A DNA stretch of 64,000 nucleotides from Squalus acanthias (taxonomy: Eukaryota), in the NCBI GenBank assembly GCA_030390025.1, contig CM059432.1, forward strand, positions 62,064,001 to 62,128,000, read 5' to 3'. Under the pieces are notes generated by a model that did no database searches, was not told the DNA's origin, and saw only the letters and a list, made by a program, of their open reading frames with translations. Position numbers and translations under genes: made by a program. Shown piece after piece: positions 10,976-23,944 of this stretch (position 1 is the stretch's first letter; the number at the start of each line of letters is the position of its first letter).

Positions 10976-12744
10976 ACATGCGACGTGGTGGGGAATGGAG
11001 AAACTGATGGCTCTAGCCTGCATTTTTGGCGGGGATTTCAGGGAAAATGCTGCCCCTAGCGGCTCCCTTGCCACACCCTCACCATCACTCGTGTTCTCTG
11101 CACTCCTTTGCTCCCATTATGTCTTCAACCACATTGTCTTTCCACTAACACCTCTCTTTCCGACCATTCTCTCATTCCTATCATGACCCCTACCTCTGCC
11201 TCCTAAAAATTCATGGTGAATCTCTGTATCTTCCCCTCCCTGTCGCTTTGCTATTACCTCATCCTTGATGCTCCATCCATTCTCCCTACTCCAACTTGTC
11301 TCTCCCCAAGGAAGGGTGGTGAGAGGCTATCGGCCACCTTATCCTCAACCTGTTTCCCTCCCACCCTCCACTCCTATCCGTTTCTCTCAAAGAAGCTTTA
11401 TGTGCTTTCAAAACTATGAAATTAGAATGATTAACGACACTCTGCCTCTCTATTGTGTGTCTTTGTTTTTGCAATTAGAATCCCTGTCTCATAGGTGTAA
11501 CCAGTACAGTCATACACTGACACTGTCTGTCTCTTTTTAAAAAAAAACCTCAACTTTTGAATTTGAAATTTTAAAAATCAACTGAGCAGAAACTGTTAGA
11601 AACAAAAGAAAAATATTATTTCAGTACGGCTGACTGATGCTAATGCATCCTGGGAAATTGTCTCTCAGTATCACATGGGGAAAGGAACCGAGTGAGGGGT
11701 TGCAAATTATAAAATTCTAACAAACTGACTGAAACTTAATCAAGAATACCTCCAAGATCAATGGAGAAAAAGGATGAGATGTTGGGTTGCCACCCTTGCT
11801 GACTTTGCGACCTTGAAGAGCAACTGATAATTATTTTTTTTAAAAAGGAGGTAACTTCAGAAGAACTGTTTGACGGGGTGAACACCAGTTTGGAGCCTTA
11901 GCCCAACAGGAGTGCTGAAGATACAGGAGGCTGGCACATTAGTCCTTCCAGGAGCAGGGTGGGGGCGGCGCAGACCGCGTGGGTGAGGCTTGTAAACTGG
12001 TGGACCGATATTGGCAAAAACAGAAGGACATATATGTTTGAAGTCATCTGGGGTGATCCTTGAGCAGGCAGAGAGGAGGCTCAGTTATAGAAAGGGGAAA
12101 TCGATAGTTTGAGGACCAAGTCGAAAGATTTGTGGGGTGGGCACCAGCAGTGATTGATATACAGGAATGAAGACCTTTTTTTAGATGTTGAAACCACACA
12201 AATTGAGAGCAAGAAGTCAAACTTTATTTATGTAGAGATGAAGATGTATAATGTGCGTGTATAATTTTCATATTAAAAGTAAATAATTCTTACCGGTACA
12301 ATCGCAACTACTGCGTTGGACACCCGGCTGGGTGAATGTGTCAGTCAAGGCGTAACTCTTAACACAGCACCACCTACAGGCATTAACGGTACTGTAGCTA
12401 CTGCAATGGATTTTCCCATAAGAGTAAGTTTCCCATCTTGTACACTCACCTGAGTGAAGAAGGAGCATGAAGTTTATATTTGAGCAATTTGGTCTGTTTT
12501 GTGGGACTGGTTAGTGAATGGCTGCTTTGAAAAAAAGAGAGATTTGATTGCTTAGTTTAATACTGGTTACTCATTCCTCATTGGAAAGTTTTGAAACTTT
12601 CCAACTGATATTTAGTAACTTAATAAATCAATGCTAATTTCAAGCATTCACTAATTTTTGCCCTACAAATGTATGATACCCTGAAGTGTGACAGTTTTGG
12701 AGTGTCATGCCTTTCAAAGGCTTCAAGTAATGGAGATAGTAGAT

Positions 12745-13184
12745 AAAGAACTTGCATTTATATAGCACTCTTCATGAACTCTGAATGCCTGTCAGCACTT
12801 CACAGCCAATGAATTACTTTTATGTAGTCACTATAATGTAGGTAAATGCAGCAGCCAATATACACACAGCAAGGTCCCACAAACAGCAATGAGATTAATG
12901 ACTAAATAATCTGTTTTAGTGATGTTGGTTGAGGGATAAATGTTGGCCAGAACTTCTCTGCTGTACTTCGAATAGTGCCATGGATCTTTAACGTCCACCT
13001 GAAAGAACAGACGGAACCTTGTTTTAATGTCTTATCTGAAAGACGGCATCTTTGACAGTGCAGCGTTCCTGCAGTACTATACTGAAGTGCCAGCTTAGAT
13101 TGTGTTCAAGTCTCAAGTGGGGCTTGAACCCATGACCTTCTGACTCAGAGGTGAGAGTGCTACCACTGAGCCAAGGCTAACACT
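12745..13184 (-). mobile_element. Deu-SINE (SacSINE1-like), full length
   Basis: Reverse complement of 38931-39395, including tRNA head and tail. Confidence 0.85.
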
Positions 13185-13264
13185 GCAAGACTTTTAATTA
13201 TAATGATAGATTCAAAAGCTAACTATGTTAAAGTAAGTAATTTTACCTTGCAGTACAGAAAAAA

Positions 13265-13700
13265 TAATTTTCATTTTGATAGCACCTTATCACAACTCTT
13301 AACCGTTACAAAGAGCTTGACATTCAATTAATTATTTTGAAGTTAATTTGCTGCTGTTATGTAGGCAAATGCGGCAGCCTTTATTCTCGCTACAACGGCC
13401 CACAAATAGTAATGATGTGAGTAACCACTTAATCTGTTTTTGGTGGTTTGGTTGAGGGAAGCACATTAGTCAGGACACTGGGAAGACTTGCTGCTCTTCT
13501 CAGAATTGTACCATGGGATCTTTAACATCTTACCTGAACCACTGGTTGAGGGCCTGGTTGTATTTGTCATCCAAAGTACAGCATCCCAAACCATGCAGCA
13601 CTCTTCTCGATACTGCACGGCATTGCCAGCCTACATTACCTGCACAAGACTTGAGGTTAGGCTTAAACTCGCAGCCTTTTGAATTGTTTGTCACTGTGAA
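13265..13700 (-). mobile_element. Deu-SINE, degraded
   Basis: ccatgggatctttaacat and gtaggcaaatgcggcagcc motifs of the family. Confidence 0.65.
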
Positions 13701-14423
13701 CCCCACATTTTCAAAGAACAGCAACATGGATGAAGCAAGCCTACGCTTATATTTTTGGACTTGCTACTCTAGATATAGTTTTGGTCTCTGTATGTCGCGA
13801 CTACTCTTGTAGATGAGCCTCACTCACTCCTTGTGTCTTAGTGTGCTTACAGTTGCTCTGATAATTAGTGTACTTTGTTAGTGGGTCCTGGATGACAGAA
13901 CAGAACTCATCATGCCTTTGAGAAGCAAGTGTTCCACCAAAGGTTTTGGTTGCCAAAAGAATTTGTTGATGAATAAGCAAATAACTAATGAGAATGTTAC
14001 ATATATATTTATAATAGGTATTAAACTACTCAAATAAGAAAAATAATAAATGATTTGCATTCACTAAACTATATTTTGTAATTAACTTTTACATACATAG
14101 TTGTTCATTTCTTATATTCTTACCAAATGTGGGAGCTACCTGGCCTAACCTGTCTCTTTGAAAGTTCCAGACCAACTCCTTGATTTGAAATACTCCTGAA
14201 TGCAGTCATCTGGCTTTGTAAATTTGAGTAATTGTCAGCTAAATTCAAAAGAAACTGCTGGTCAGGCACATAACTAAATAAATCACAAACGATGATTGTG
14301 TTTGATTTATATATCTTGTTTCCTCTCTCAAACCAACTGTCTGGAGACGACCAAATAGTAGTCATTGCAACATTTGTATCCATATAGTCTCGGGCATGAT
14401 TTGTGTGGTTTTTTTAACACCTT

Positions 14424-15171
14424 GGGCCTGAATTTGTGGTTGGAGACTTCCCGCAGGCAGATGCCTCCGAACCGCAATAAATCTACGCACCTACCTGATG
14501 GTCCTGGATCCACGGAGACTCACGCTCCTGGGCCTCTAAGCGTAGGCCTGCGTAGAGGCCCTCGTATTCCAGGGGCGCAGGCGGTTCACAAGTGCCCCTG
14601 GGATCACGTGGGCCGGCCCAACCAATCAGAAAGGGGATTCCCATTATGCTTATGGGGATTCCATTTACGTACGGAATCCCCATAAACTTAAGAGGAATCA
14701 CCCAAAAAACACAATTACACAACACTAAAATAAAAAAAATCATTACATGTTTAAAATTAATTCAAATACAATTTCATTAAAAATTTAAAACACAAATTTA
14801 ACTTAAAAAAAGTAAACATTTTTTAAGGGGCCAAAAATAACACAAACTAATTTTAAAGGTTTTTGAATGTTTAAATGATTTAAAAAAATGTTATTTTAGT
14901 ATTTATTTTCACCCTTACGCTGGTAAAAGAAGGCCTTACGCCTGCTGTTACCAGGCGTAAGAGTTTCATGGGCATTTGCTGGGTAAGGGTTTGGCAAATA
15001 GCTCAACTCTCTGCCAGTGGATGTCCATTTCCCCGGGATGCGGAGGATCAGTCAAGAAGATCCTTGACAGATCGCAAGTTTCGGGTTTTCGCGCAGCGCA
15101 GCGCATGCGTGAACCCGGAACTTGCGGTGCACTTATGTGTACGTGGTCATAGGCCCCTGAAAATCCGGGCC
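14424..15171. mobile_element. Harbinger-type MITE, related to 60576-61333
   Basis: Imperfect TIRs gggcctgaattt / aaatccgggcc; internal cccctgggatcacgtgggcc and ccggaa motifs shared in reverse orientation with the 60576 element. Confidence 0.75.
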
Positions 15172-15330
15172 AATATGTACAATGGCTGAATTAAAAGAGC
15201 CAATACTAAGCTAAAACTAAACAAAAATGCTTCGTTTTTGTCACCCACTGCTTCGTTGATGGCAGAAGATGTGACAATAAACATGCTTTCCCCATTCGAC
15301 ATTGAAACAAAGCCAGCAGATGTCAAAAAC

Positions 15331-15493
15331 ATAAAATGCTGGAAATACTCCGCAGGTCAGGCAGCATTTGTGGAGAGAGAAACAGAGTTAACTGTTCCCC
15401 TCTCCACAAACGCTGCCTGACCTGCTGAGTATTGCCAGCATTTTCTGATTTTATTTCCGATTTCCAGCATCCGCAGTATTTTGCTTTTGTATT
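15331..15493. mobile_element. Fold-back mini-element made of two inverted Penelope terminal-repeat segments, with 12-bp TSD
   Basis: Direct repeat GATGTCAAAAAC at 15319-15330 and 15494-15505; arms match 10111-10210 and meet at agagtt|aactg. Confidence 0.85.
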
Positions 15494-15974
15494 GATGTCA
15501 AAAACGTACTCTCAGCTTGAATACATTACTTTGCCCAATCTTCTCCTTAATACAATTGAAGTATTTTTTTGGAGCATTTACCAGTGATATAACTACAAAC
15601 AACATAAAGTGTTCCAGTAGAAACATTTTTTGTGTGTGTGCATGCACTAGCTGGAAATACACAAGTTATTAAAGCTTTAAAAAAATTTTTTTTGATAGTC
15701 CAGTGCAGCTGGAGGTGTCATTAAGTAATCCAGAAATCAGTAGTGTTGGGCTGGCAGGGTCCGTGCCTTTTGGCTGCTGCTTTCTTTCTCCCACTGATGA
15801 AACTGTTTGCAGTATTTAGCAGGAGGACAATACTGCCAGCTTGCATAGCAGCTATCAAAAGCAACTCTTATTATAAATAAGATGTCATTGAAATGATTTT
15901 GAACTATCTCAAGTAAAAACTGAAAATACTGGAAATATCAACTGGGTTGAGAGTGGTTAAGGGTTTCAAAGAAA

Positions 15975-16225
15975 AACTGCAACTGGAAATCTGAAGAATA
16001 AATACATAATGGTGGAAATACACAATAGGTCAGTTTGCACCTGATAAGAGAAAAAATAGATTCATGTTTTGGGTAATGCCCCTTCATTAAAACTGATGAG
16101 ATCCGATGAAGGGTGGCCATATGAAACATTAACCTACCTTTTCCTCATTGCAGATGCCGATGGACCTGCTGTGTATTTCTCGCATTTTCTGTTTTTCATT
16201 TCAGAATTCCAACATTTGTACTCGA
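15975..16225. mobile_element. Degraded inverted Penelope terminal-repeat element
   Basis: Degenerate hammerhead-like cgatgaaggg...tgaaacattaac, cagatgc..gacctgctg and an inverted partner arm. Confidence 0.6.
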
Positions 16226-17030
16226 GTTCTTTTTACCCCTTAACTTGTGTTAACCATATCCTAATGGGTATGTTACTACTGCATAAAGTGTACAGAATTC
16301 CTTTCCGAGATTGCAAGGATAACTGGTCTGAGCAGTAAGGATTTTTTTTTGATCTTTGGGAAGGAGAATTAGGGAGGAATCTGAGGAATAATATGAAAGA
16401 AGCTTTACTTTGCATCTGATCTATGCTATACCTGACTTGGGAAGTACTTGATGCTGATAGTGGGTGTTTAAAGTTCAAAGGAGCTCCAATCTCCAAAATG
16501 TTGAAGCAAAGTAAGGATATTTGTGTGGAAAAGTGTGTGATTGCTGATTGTGGCAGAGTAATTTGGGTCATTGGGGAAATACTGAAGTTTTCATATTCCA
16601 TTGAAGAAATAATTCCATTGACATCCTGGGCACTACATTGTGAATGAAATACTAGCGAGTAATTATGACTGAATTAAATTTTTTAAACCAAACTTTCTGC
16701 CTCTTACTATGTGTAAAAGTTGATTACATAGTCAAGTGCACTCCTTAGGTAAATATCTCATCCTCCAATAGCACTCTGGAGCTTCCATGATGTTTAACTT
16801 TGGTAAATTCATTACTGGTTGTTTTTAAGCTGGCGCGTGTGTTTGTGCTCGAGGGAGTGTTGTTGTCATAGTAATGCAAGAAGGAAGTACTCTTTGAGCT
16901 GTTCTGGAATGACTCATGGGTGCAAAGCTGAGCACCTGTCAGGTGAATTTCAATTTCTTTCTGTCACCTGTACATATGTGAAGTTCAGATAATGTTGGCA
17001 AAGTTCATATCTGATATATGTAAAGGCCCA

Positions 17031-17670
17031 GGGGACGAAATTGGGTGCCGTTAGCGCCCCCATCGACTCCTGCCATATTCGGCGGGAGTTTTGCAGCGGC
17101 GCTACGGCGTTGCGTCCCGATCTCCTTCGCCCGGAGATCGTGACGTCATCGCCCCGGTAGCGCGCCGACCCGAAATTGACTTCCGTCCCCTGCAGCAGCA
17201 CTGGGCGAAAACACCGACAGCTGCAGGAGGCGTGCATCGGGCGGCCGGTTGCTTCAGGGGCGATGATTAAAGGCGAGGTGGCTGAGGTACATTAAAAAAA
17301 CAACTTGCCTTTCTTGTTCCGCTTTTTTCCATGGGTTCCTGACCGCGATCAATCAGCCCAGCACTCTGCTTGACTGCCAGGCTGATCGCGCGGGATCGCA
17401 GCTGCCTTGGTGGTCCAGGTAGGTAATTTTACTATTGCAGAGCCTGCAGCGATGGCCCTTCCCTTTAAGGGAGGGACGGAGCCTTCGAACGCGGTAGCGC
17501 TGCTGAAGTCTCCGCCCCACCTGCTGCTGATTATGCTCCAAGAAGGAAGTGGTGCGCTTGATTTAGCGCTCCACTTCCTTCTTGGAGTGCAAAACCAAAT
17601 TTTTTAAGTAAAAGTTTAGAAACATTAGTACCTCGTGCTAATTTTACAAACTTTTAAAATTTAGTGCCCC
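17031..17670. mobile_element. Probable Harbinger-type MITE
   Basis: GC-rich island starting ggggacgaaattg and ending aaatttagtgcccc; shares agatcgtgacgtca with the 58366 family; right end uncertain. Confidence 0.6.
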
Positions 17671-17742
17671 AAAAGGGGCTATAATTTTCTCTCCCCCCTT
17701 GGCCCCCCCCCCCCCAATCTCTCTGTACAAGTATGCAATATA

Positions 17743-18096
17743 CAGGAAACTCTTTCGTATCCGGCATCGACGGGACCAGGATGGTGCCGGTTGATTAAAA
17801 ATTCCGGATAACTGAGAGGTATATCTACCGAGGCTATTTTTAACAAACAAAAATAAAAAAAATCAATAAATGTGCAGTATAATTGGGTACACCCCTACAA
17901 AATGTTGTGTTAAATGGATGGTGGAAGATGCTTGATTAAGTACAGTAATGCCAGTTGAGGGTAATCCATAACTCTAATTACTTAACAGTAAAACAAAACT
18001 TATAAACGACTGTATACTGTAGTTTTCGGAGTATGAATTCTGCCGGTTATTAGAGAATTCCGGATATTTAGGTGCCGTTTAAACTAGCGTTTCCTG
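17743..18096. mobile_element. Tc1/mariner (Tigger/pogo-like) MITE
   Basis: TA|caggaaac ... gtttcctg|TA, with internal inverted ccgg(a/c) subterminal repeats. Confidence 0.75.
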
Positions 18097-18358
18097 TAGT
18101 ACTGTTATCCATGGAATACTGGGTTGATTTCACTCTTTTAAAAAAAAAAAATCCTCATGAGATAACAGGCAGGAGTAAATAACTTGTTGCCTTGTTATTT
18201 TAAATGTATTTTCTCTCTCATTTGTGTTTTTCTCACTCCCTCTTTCAATTTCACTTTAATGTAGCTGTCAGTAGAAGGTGACAGGTTTTGGCCTGTTAGT
18301 AAGATTTAAATTCAGGATTGCTGGTGCAAACCCAGGTCCTACCATTTTAAGAGACTAT

Positions 18359-19315
18359 GGGGGAAAAATTCAGTATCGCCCCGTTTGGGGTGCAATTATC
18401 AGCCGGGCGCAAAGATTAGCGCCTGGTGCTAATAATCGCTTCCGACTGCAAACTTGACTTTTATCGCCCCTGGAGGTGATTGGAGCGCTAAATCAGACAC
18501 TACACATCTGTCTTAAGGCGCAAAGGCCGAGGAGCGAGGCGAAGCCCATGTGATGTCAGTCAGCAATGGAACACAGACACAATGGTGCCAGCCAGTTCTT
18601 AAAGGGGTGGGTTGATCTTGCTTTCCATCCACATCCTGCTCATTGCAGCCTTGAATCTCGGCCTGGAGAGACCTGTACATAAAATCTGCTGGAAAGAACA
18701 ATGGAGTGAAACAGGGAAAGAGCTCAGAGTGCAACCCCCACAGTCTCTTCTAAATCGATACAAGAAAGGGCAAGTCAAAATGAACCTGCAAAGTGCTGCT
18801 CAGTACCCAAAACTCCTTCACACAGCGTTGAATCTCTCCAGAAGAGTCTCTCTCTCTCTCCGAATGCGTGGTTCAAAAATGTCACCAACAAAAAAAGGCA
18901 GGAAGCGGTCGCCTTTAAATAGCGCTCCCCCGTCCCTTCCTGACTGCAAAACGCTCCCCTCAACCTGTCGTTCCTAGCGGCAGGCGGTAAGGCAGGGGGC
19001 GCCACTCAATATCCGCTCCGGGCGTTGCGCACTCGACTGACGTCACGATCTGCCGGGTATGTAAAACCCGACCAGCTACAGTTAAACACAAAATGGAGGT
19101 TAAAGAAGAGGCTTTCAGCCTCATTATAATATTTAAATTGACGTCCCGCCTCCTAGCAGAGGGTTGGCTGCCCACCCCCATTCCAGCTCCTGTCCTGCCT
19201 CCGTAAAAACCGGAAGTGGGCGGGTTGGAGGCAGGTTCAGGCCAGGATTCCGATTTTTAACACTAACTACCCCCCTGCTCCTAACCCACCTGTTTTATCA
19301 GGTTAAAATTCCCCC
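18359..19315. mobile_element. Chimeric Harbinger-type MITE
   Basis: 18359-19056 is the reverse complement of ~58526-59240; the remainder is different sequence ending in ggttaaaattccccc. Confidence 0.8.
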
Positions 19316-19630
19316 TTATGTGATTGAATTATGAGGTTACAATTCCCCCTTATGTGATTGAATTATGAGGTTACAATTCCCCCTTATGTGATTGAATTAT
19401 GAGGTTACAATTCCCCCTTATGTGATTGAATTATGAGGTTACAATTCCCCCTTATGTGATTGAATTATGAGGTTACAATTCCCCCTTATGTGATTGAATT
19501 ATGAGGTTACAATTCCCCCTTATGTGATTGAATTATGAGGTTACAATTCCCCCTTATGTGATTGAATTATGAGGTTACAATTCCCCCTTATGTGATTGAA
19601 TTATGAGGTTACAATTCCCCCTTATGTGAT
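19301..19630. repeat. 34-bp minisatellite, 9.7 copies
   Basis: Unit ggttacaattcccccttatgtgattgaattatga starts at 19301, 19335 ... 19607; only the first unit differs (1 nt); no spacers. Confidence 0.97.
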
Positions 19631-19689
19631 ATTTTTAAACATCAGGAATATACAGGCCTTTTGAAGGATAACAAAGTTCAGAGAATAAA

Positions 19690-21013
19690 GGGTGTAAGGA
19701 TAAACCCAGCAACTACAGGCCAGTCAGTTTAACTTCGGTAGTGGGGAAGCTTTTAGAAACAATAATCCGGGACAAAATTAACCGTCACTTGAACAAGTGT
19801 GGATTAATTAAGGAAAGCCAGCACGGATTTGTTAAAGGCAAATTGTGTTTAACTAACTTGATTGAGTTTTTTGATGAGGTAATATAGAGGGTTGATGAGG
19901 GCAATGCGGTTGATGTGGTGTACATGGACTTCCAAAAGGCGTTTGATAAAGTGCCACATAATAGGCTTGCCAGCAAAGTTGAAGCCCATGGAATAAAAGG
20001 GACAGTGGCAGCATGGATATGAAATTGGCTAAGTGACAGGAAACCGAGAGTAAAGGTGAACGGTTGTTTATCGGACTGGAGGAAGGTATACTGTGGTGTT
20101 CCCCAGGGGTTGGTACTAGGACCACTGCTTTTCTTGATGTATATTAATGATTTGAACTTGGGTGTACAGGGCAAAATTTTGAAATTTGCAGATGACACAA
20201 AACTTGGAAGTGTAGTGAACAGTGAGGAGGATAGTGATAGACTTCAAGAGGACATAGACAGGCTGGTGGAATGGGCAGACACGTGGCAGATGAAATTTAA
20301 CGTAGAAAAGTGCAAAGTGATACATTTTGGTAGGAAGAAAGAGGAGAGGCAATATAAACTAAAGGGTACAATTCCAAAGGGGGTGCATAAACAGAGAGAC
20401 CTGGGGATATATGTGCAAAAATCGTTGAAGGTGGCAAGGCAGGTTGAGAAAACGGTTAAAAAAACACTGGTTCGGCCTCAACTGGACTATAGTGTCCAAT
20501 TCTGGGCACTGCACTTTAGGAAGGATGTGAAGGCCTTAGAGAGGGTGCAAAAAAGATTTACAAGAATGGTTCCAGGGATGAGGGACTTCAGTTGGAGATG
20601 TTGGGGTTGTTTTCCTTAGAGCAGAGAAGGTTGAGAGGAGATTTGATGGAGGTGTTCAAAATCATGATTGGTCTAGACAGAGTAGAGAGAGAGAAACTGT
20701 TCCCATTGGCAGAAGGGTCGAGAATCAGAGGACACAGATTTAAGGTGATTGGCAAAAGAACCAAAGGCGAGATGAGGAAAAACTTTTTTACGCAGCGAGT
20801 GGTTAGGATCTGGAATGCACTGCCTGAAAGGGTGGTGGAGGCAGACTCAATCGTGGCTTTCAAAAGGGAATTGGATAAGTACCTAAAGGGGAAAAAAATT
20901 GCAGGGCTACGGGGCAAGGGCGGGGGGCGTGGGACTAGCTGAAGTGCTCTTGCAGAGAGCCGACATGGGCTTGACCGGCCAAATGGCCTCCTTCTGTGCT
21001 GTAACCATTCTAT
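19690..21013 (+). mobile_element. CR1 LINE, 5'-truncated and decayed
   Basis: [19 protein letters not shown]-terminal RKNFFTQRVV, 3'UTR ending attctatg. Confidence 0.9.
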
Positions 21014-21250
21014 GAAATGTAGCATTACACTAATATGTTACAGGTTTTATTTCACAAATGTAAAAGATGCATAATAGAAACTTGTAATGGATTGTCTTCC
21101 ACACATGAGAGAACCTCGAGTTCCTGAATAATGGTGTTTTTTTGTCCAGCTGCCTTTTTTGAAATGTTCTGAAATGCTCCCTGTGTGATTGGTTAAATGA
21201 TCTTTGCAGTTGGACATCATTGGAGATCTTTTGCTCTGTGTAGTCTAAAA

Positions 21251-21567
21251 ATCACAGAATCACAGAATCCCCACAGTGCAGATAGAGGCCATTTCGGCCC
21301 ATCAAGCCTGCACCGACACATATCCCACCCTATCCCCGTAACCCCACGTATTTAATCCCCCCTAACACTAAGGGTCAATTTATCATAGCCAAATCAACCT
21401 AACCCGCACATCTTTGGACTGTGGGAGGAAACCGGAGCATCCGGAGAAAACCCACGCAGACACGGGGAGAATGTGCAAACTCCACACAGTCACCCGAGGC
21501 CGGATTTGAACCCGGGTCCCTGGCGCTGTGAGGCAACAGTGCTAACCACTATGCCACCGTGTTGCCC
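21251..21567 (-). mobile_element. HE1-type (V-domain) elasmobranch SINE
   Basis: tRNA head gggcaacacggtggcatagtggttagcactg with B box; V-core gtgtggagtttgcacattctccccgtgtctgcgtgggtttt; CR1-derived (attctgtg)n tail. Confidence 0.88.
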
Positions 21568-23099
21568 TAATATCACTAATATCCAAATAGCAACAGCAAA
21601 GTTTTGTTGGGCCTCAAAAGAGTACAAATTTGCCTCAGACTAGTTTTCTGTGCTGTTTCTGTGACCAGATTGTTACATGGACTGAAGAAGAGTAAAAGTA
21701 TAAGATGGACAGGTTGTTAAAGATCTGGTCACACAGATCACTAAAAGAAAATTAAATTACAAAAGTTGAGAGCATCTAAAAGTTACTGTTAATAGTGTAT
21801 AAATTATATACCTTATTTGCTAAATTATATACTGTATTTGAAGAAACTCTGTGGTTTATACAGTTTAAGGGTAAATGCCCTTCAAATATTCCCCCATTTT
21901 TCCTCTAAATAATCCCCCCCATTTTTCTCTCCTGGTGTTAATGTGGTTGTGCATCAGTTGCAACTCGGAGGGCAGCCTGCCTGCTTTCAGACTTTAATTA
22001 ATGATGTCTTGAATTGGCTGCATGGAGGTATGCCAAAGTAGTCTGAGAATATTACTTCTGATTTTCTAACTGTCTCTTTGAATGCCTATTCACAGCTTGT
22101 ATTTTCCCATAGCAGTGTGGTTTGAGATTAGACTGCAGCATGGGGGATAATAACCTGCGCCACCCTTAACTGAAATATAGTATTTCCATGCACTGTGAAG
22201 TATTCTGTTGAACTAAAGTGGCTGCTGTAGTTCATTGAGTTTTTTAATTGCATATGAATAGTGGATCTTTATGACTGCGGGATACTGTTTACTGTTTTCT
22301 TCGTTCACTTTGTGCATTGACTTATTAGAATGTAAAGGTAGCATGCTCTTCAGTCATTTTAAATTTGACAGGAAATGACTCATTTATTGTTTCTGGGCTT
22401 GTGGTTGATCACTCCCTGTCCTAAATCATTTCTAGCAGCATTTTGGAATTTCCAGGTACACAGTCACATGATATGCTAGTCAAGGGAGGGGTACATACGT
22501 AGTTAAATTAAACAATCTGGTTACTGTTGTGACGGAATAGAAATCTAATGGATTAATTTCACCGTATATCGCTCACTTTTTGAAGTCTGCAACTGTGTTT
22601 TTATTTCTTTCTTGTATTGCCTTCTTTACCCTGTGGTATGTTTAAACACATTTTTGTTTCCTTGCCAAGAACATAGTGTTCCAGGGTGTCATTTGGTGAC
22701 GTCTGTTACTGGTCTGAAGCCAAAGGAGAATGAAGTTCATTCTCGTACAATACAAAGCTGATTAGGTCAGGAGTTTAACTCCTTATGTAACAAGAAGGAA
22801 GGGCTTGGCAGTTTTGTTTGTCAGAAGTCGGCTCCTGACTTTTTCTCTGATCATAATCTTCTGAGGAGGATCTATCCTGTGGCCAGCAGAGATCCTATTT
22901 CTCCTCATTGTACCATTCTCATAGCTTGGTAGTACTGTTCATTTTTAGCAAGTGAGAATAGTCTGGTTATGAATCTGCCCAAAGAACTTGCTTCATGAGG
23001 GTTTTCATTTAGGTTGGTTTTATTTTCTGTACAATATTATTTACGTACTTTTATATTTCTTTAAACAAGATGCATTCTTCAGCGATGTATTCACCTACA

Positions 23100-23430
23100 G
23101 AGGAATTAGCCCCCCCCCCCCCCCCCCCCTCTCTCCTGCAAGTACTGACTCTTACTGGGAACTGTATTCACGGGTGCCACTGCTCTAATAGTTCACCAAA
23201 GTGGCTTCTCTTTTCCTGTGTGAACCTAGATGGTGAGTTTTGACAGCTTATTTCATCATGGGGAGAGTTGTCATTTGGCATCTGCTTTTCAATAGGGTCT
23301 CTGGATAGAGATCTTTACCAAATCCAGTAGCACTGGGTTATAGCGCCCCTACTGCTGTGCCAGCTGAAATCAACTAACTGAGCGCATGTTGGCTATTGAA
23401 CCTGGAATCTACCTGGTCAGCACCATGCTA
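23100..23430 (-). mobile_element. Old, degraded SINE-like repeat
   Basis: Similar to 1600-2075; attgaacctgg is a reverse B-box-like motif. Confidence 0.4.
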
Positions 23431-23944
23431 AGATTATCACACGTTTAAACATAATGCCTTTTGCTCTAAATCATACACATCACTTGTCAGTGTTTCATGT
23501 TGGTCAGCATGTCAGGGCTTGCTCATAAAATCAGTGTAGCCAGGTCCCCTCCTGCTACCCCTTCCCCCCTCCCACCCACCCACCCCCCGCTGTTCAGTCT
23601 GGGGGCTTATCTACTCAACAGGCCCCTGTCTACTCTCTCGAGTTCCCATCTACAGTATACATAGTTTGTCGTCCCAGCCATTAGCACTGGGAGTGTGCTG
23701 AGTGAAAACAAGAGACCTGTATGAGGCATTAGTCAATGGATTCATAGGAGCCATGCGGCAAGGGGAATGGATGGTGAGAAGAGGGAAATGGGGGTGAATA
23801 CTAGGTGGGGGAGGGGAGACTGGATGGCAGTGGGGAGGATATATAAGTGAAAGAATTTTTGGGTATACCTGAAGTTACAAAGTCTGTGTAAGTCTGAGAT
23901 GGGAAGGGGCGAGGCCATGGACGGATTTGAAAACAAGGATGAGA

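Noticed and set aside
11070..12460. Possible LINE or LTR remnants
   Set aside because: Composition looks repeat-like, but I could not identify diagnostic motifs or termini, so it is left unannotated.
18612..18977. Conserved novel gene (121-aa ORF with a paralog at 58506-58973)
   Set aside because: Similarity simply reflects two copies of one MITE; non-ATG start, no recognisable domain, frames diverge at the C-terminus.
19301..19630. CRISPR array (34-bp repeat period)
   Set aside because: Units are contiguous and identical with no unique spacers; no cas genes; vertebrate DNA.
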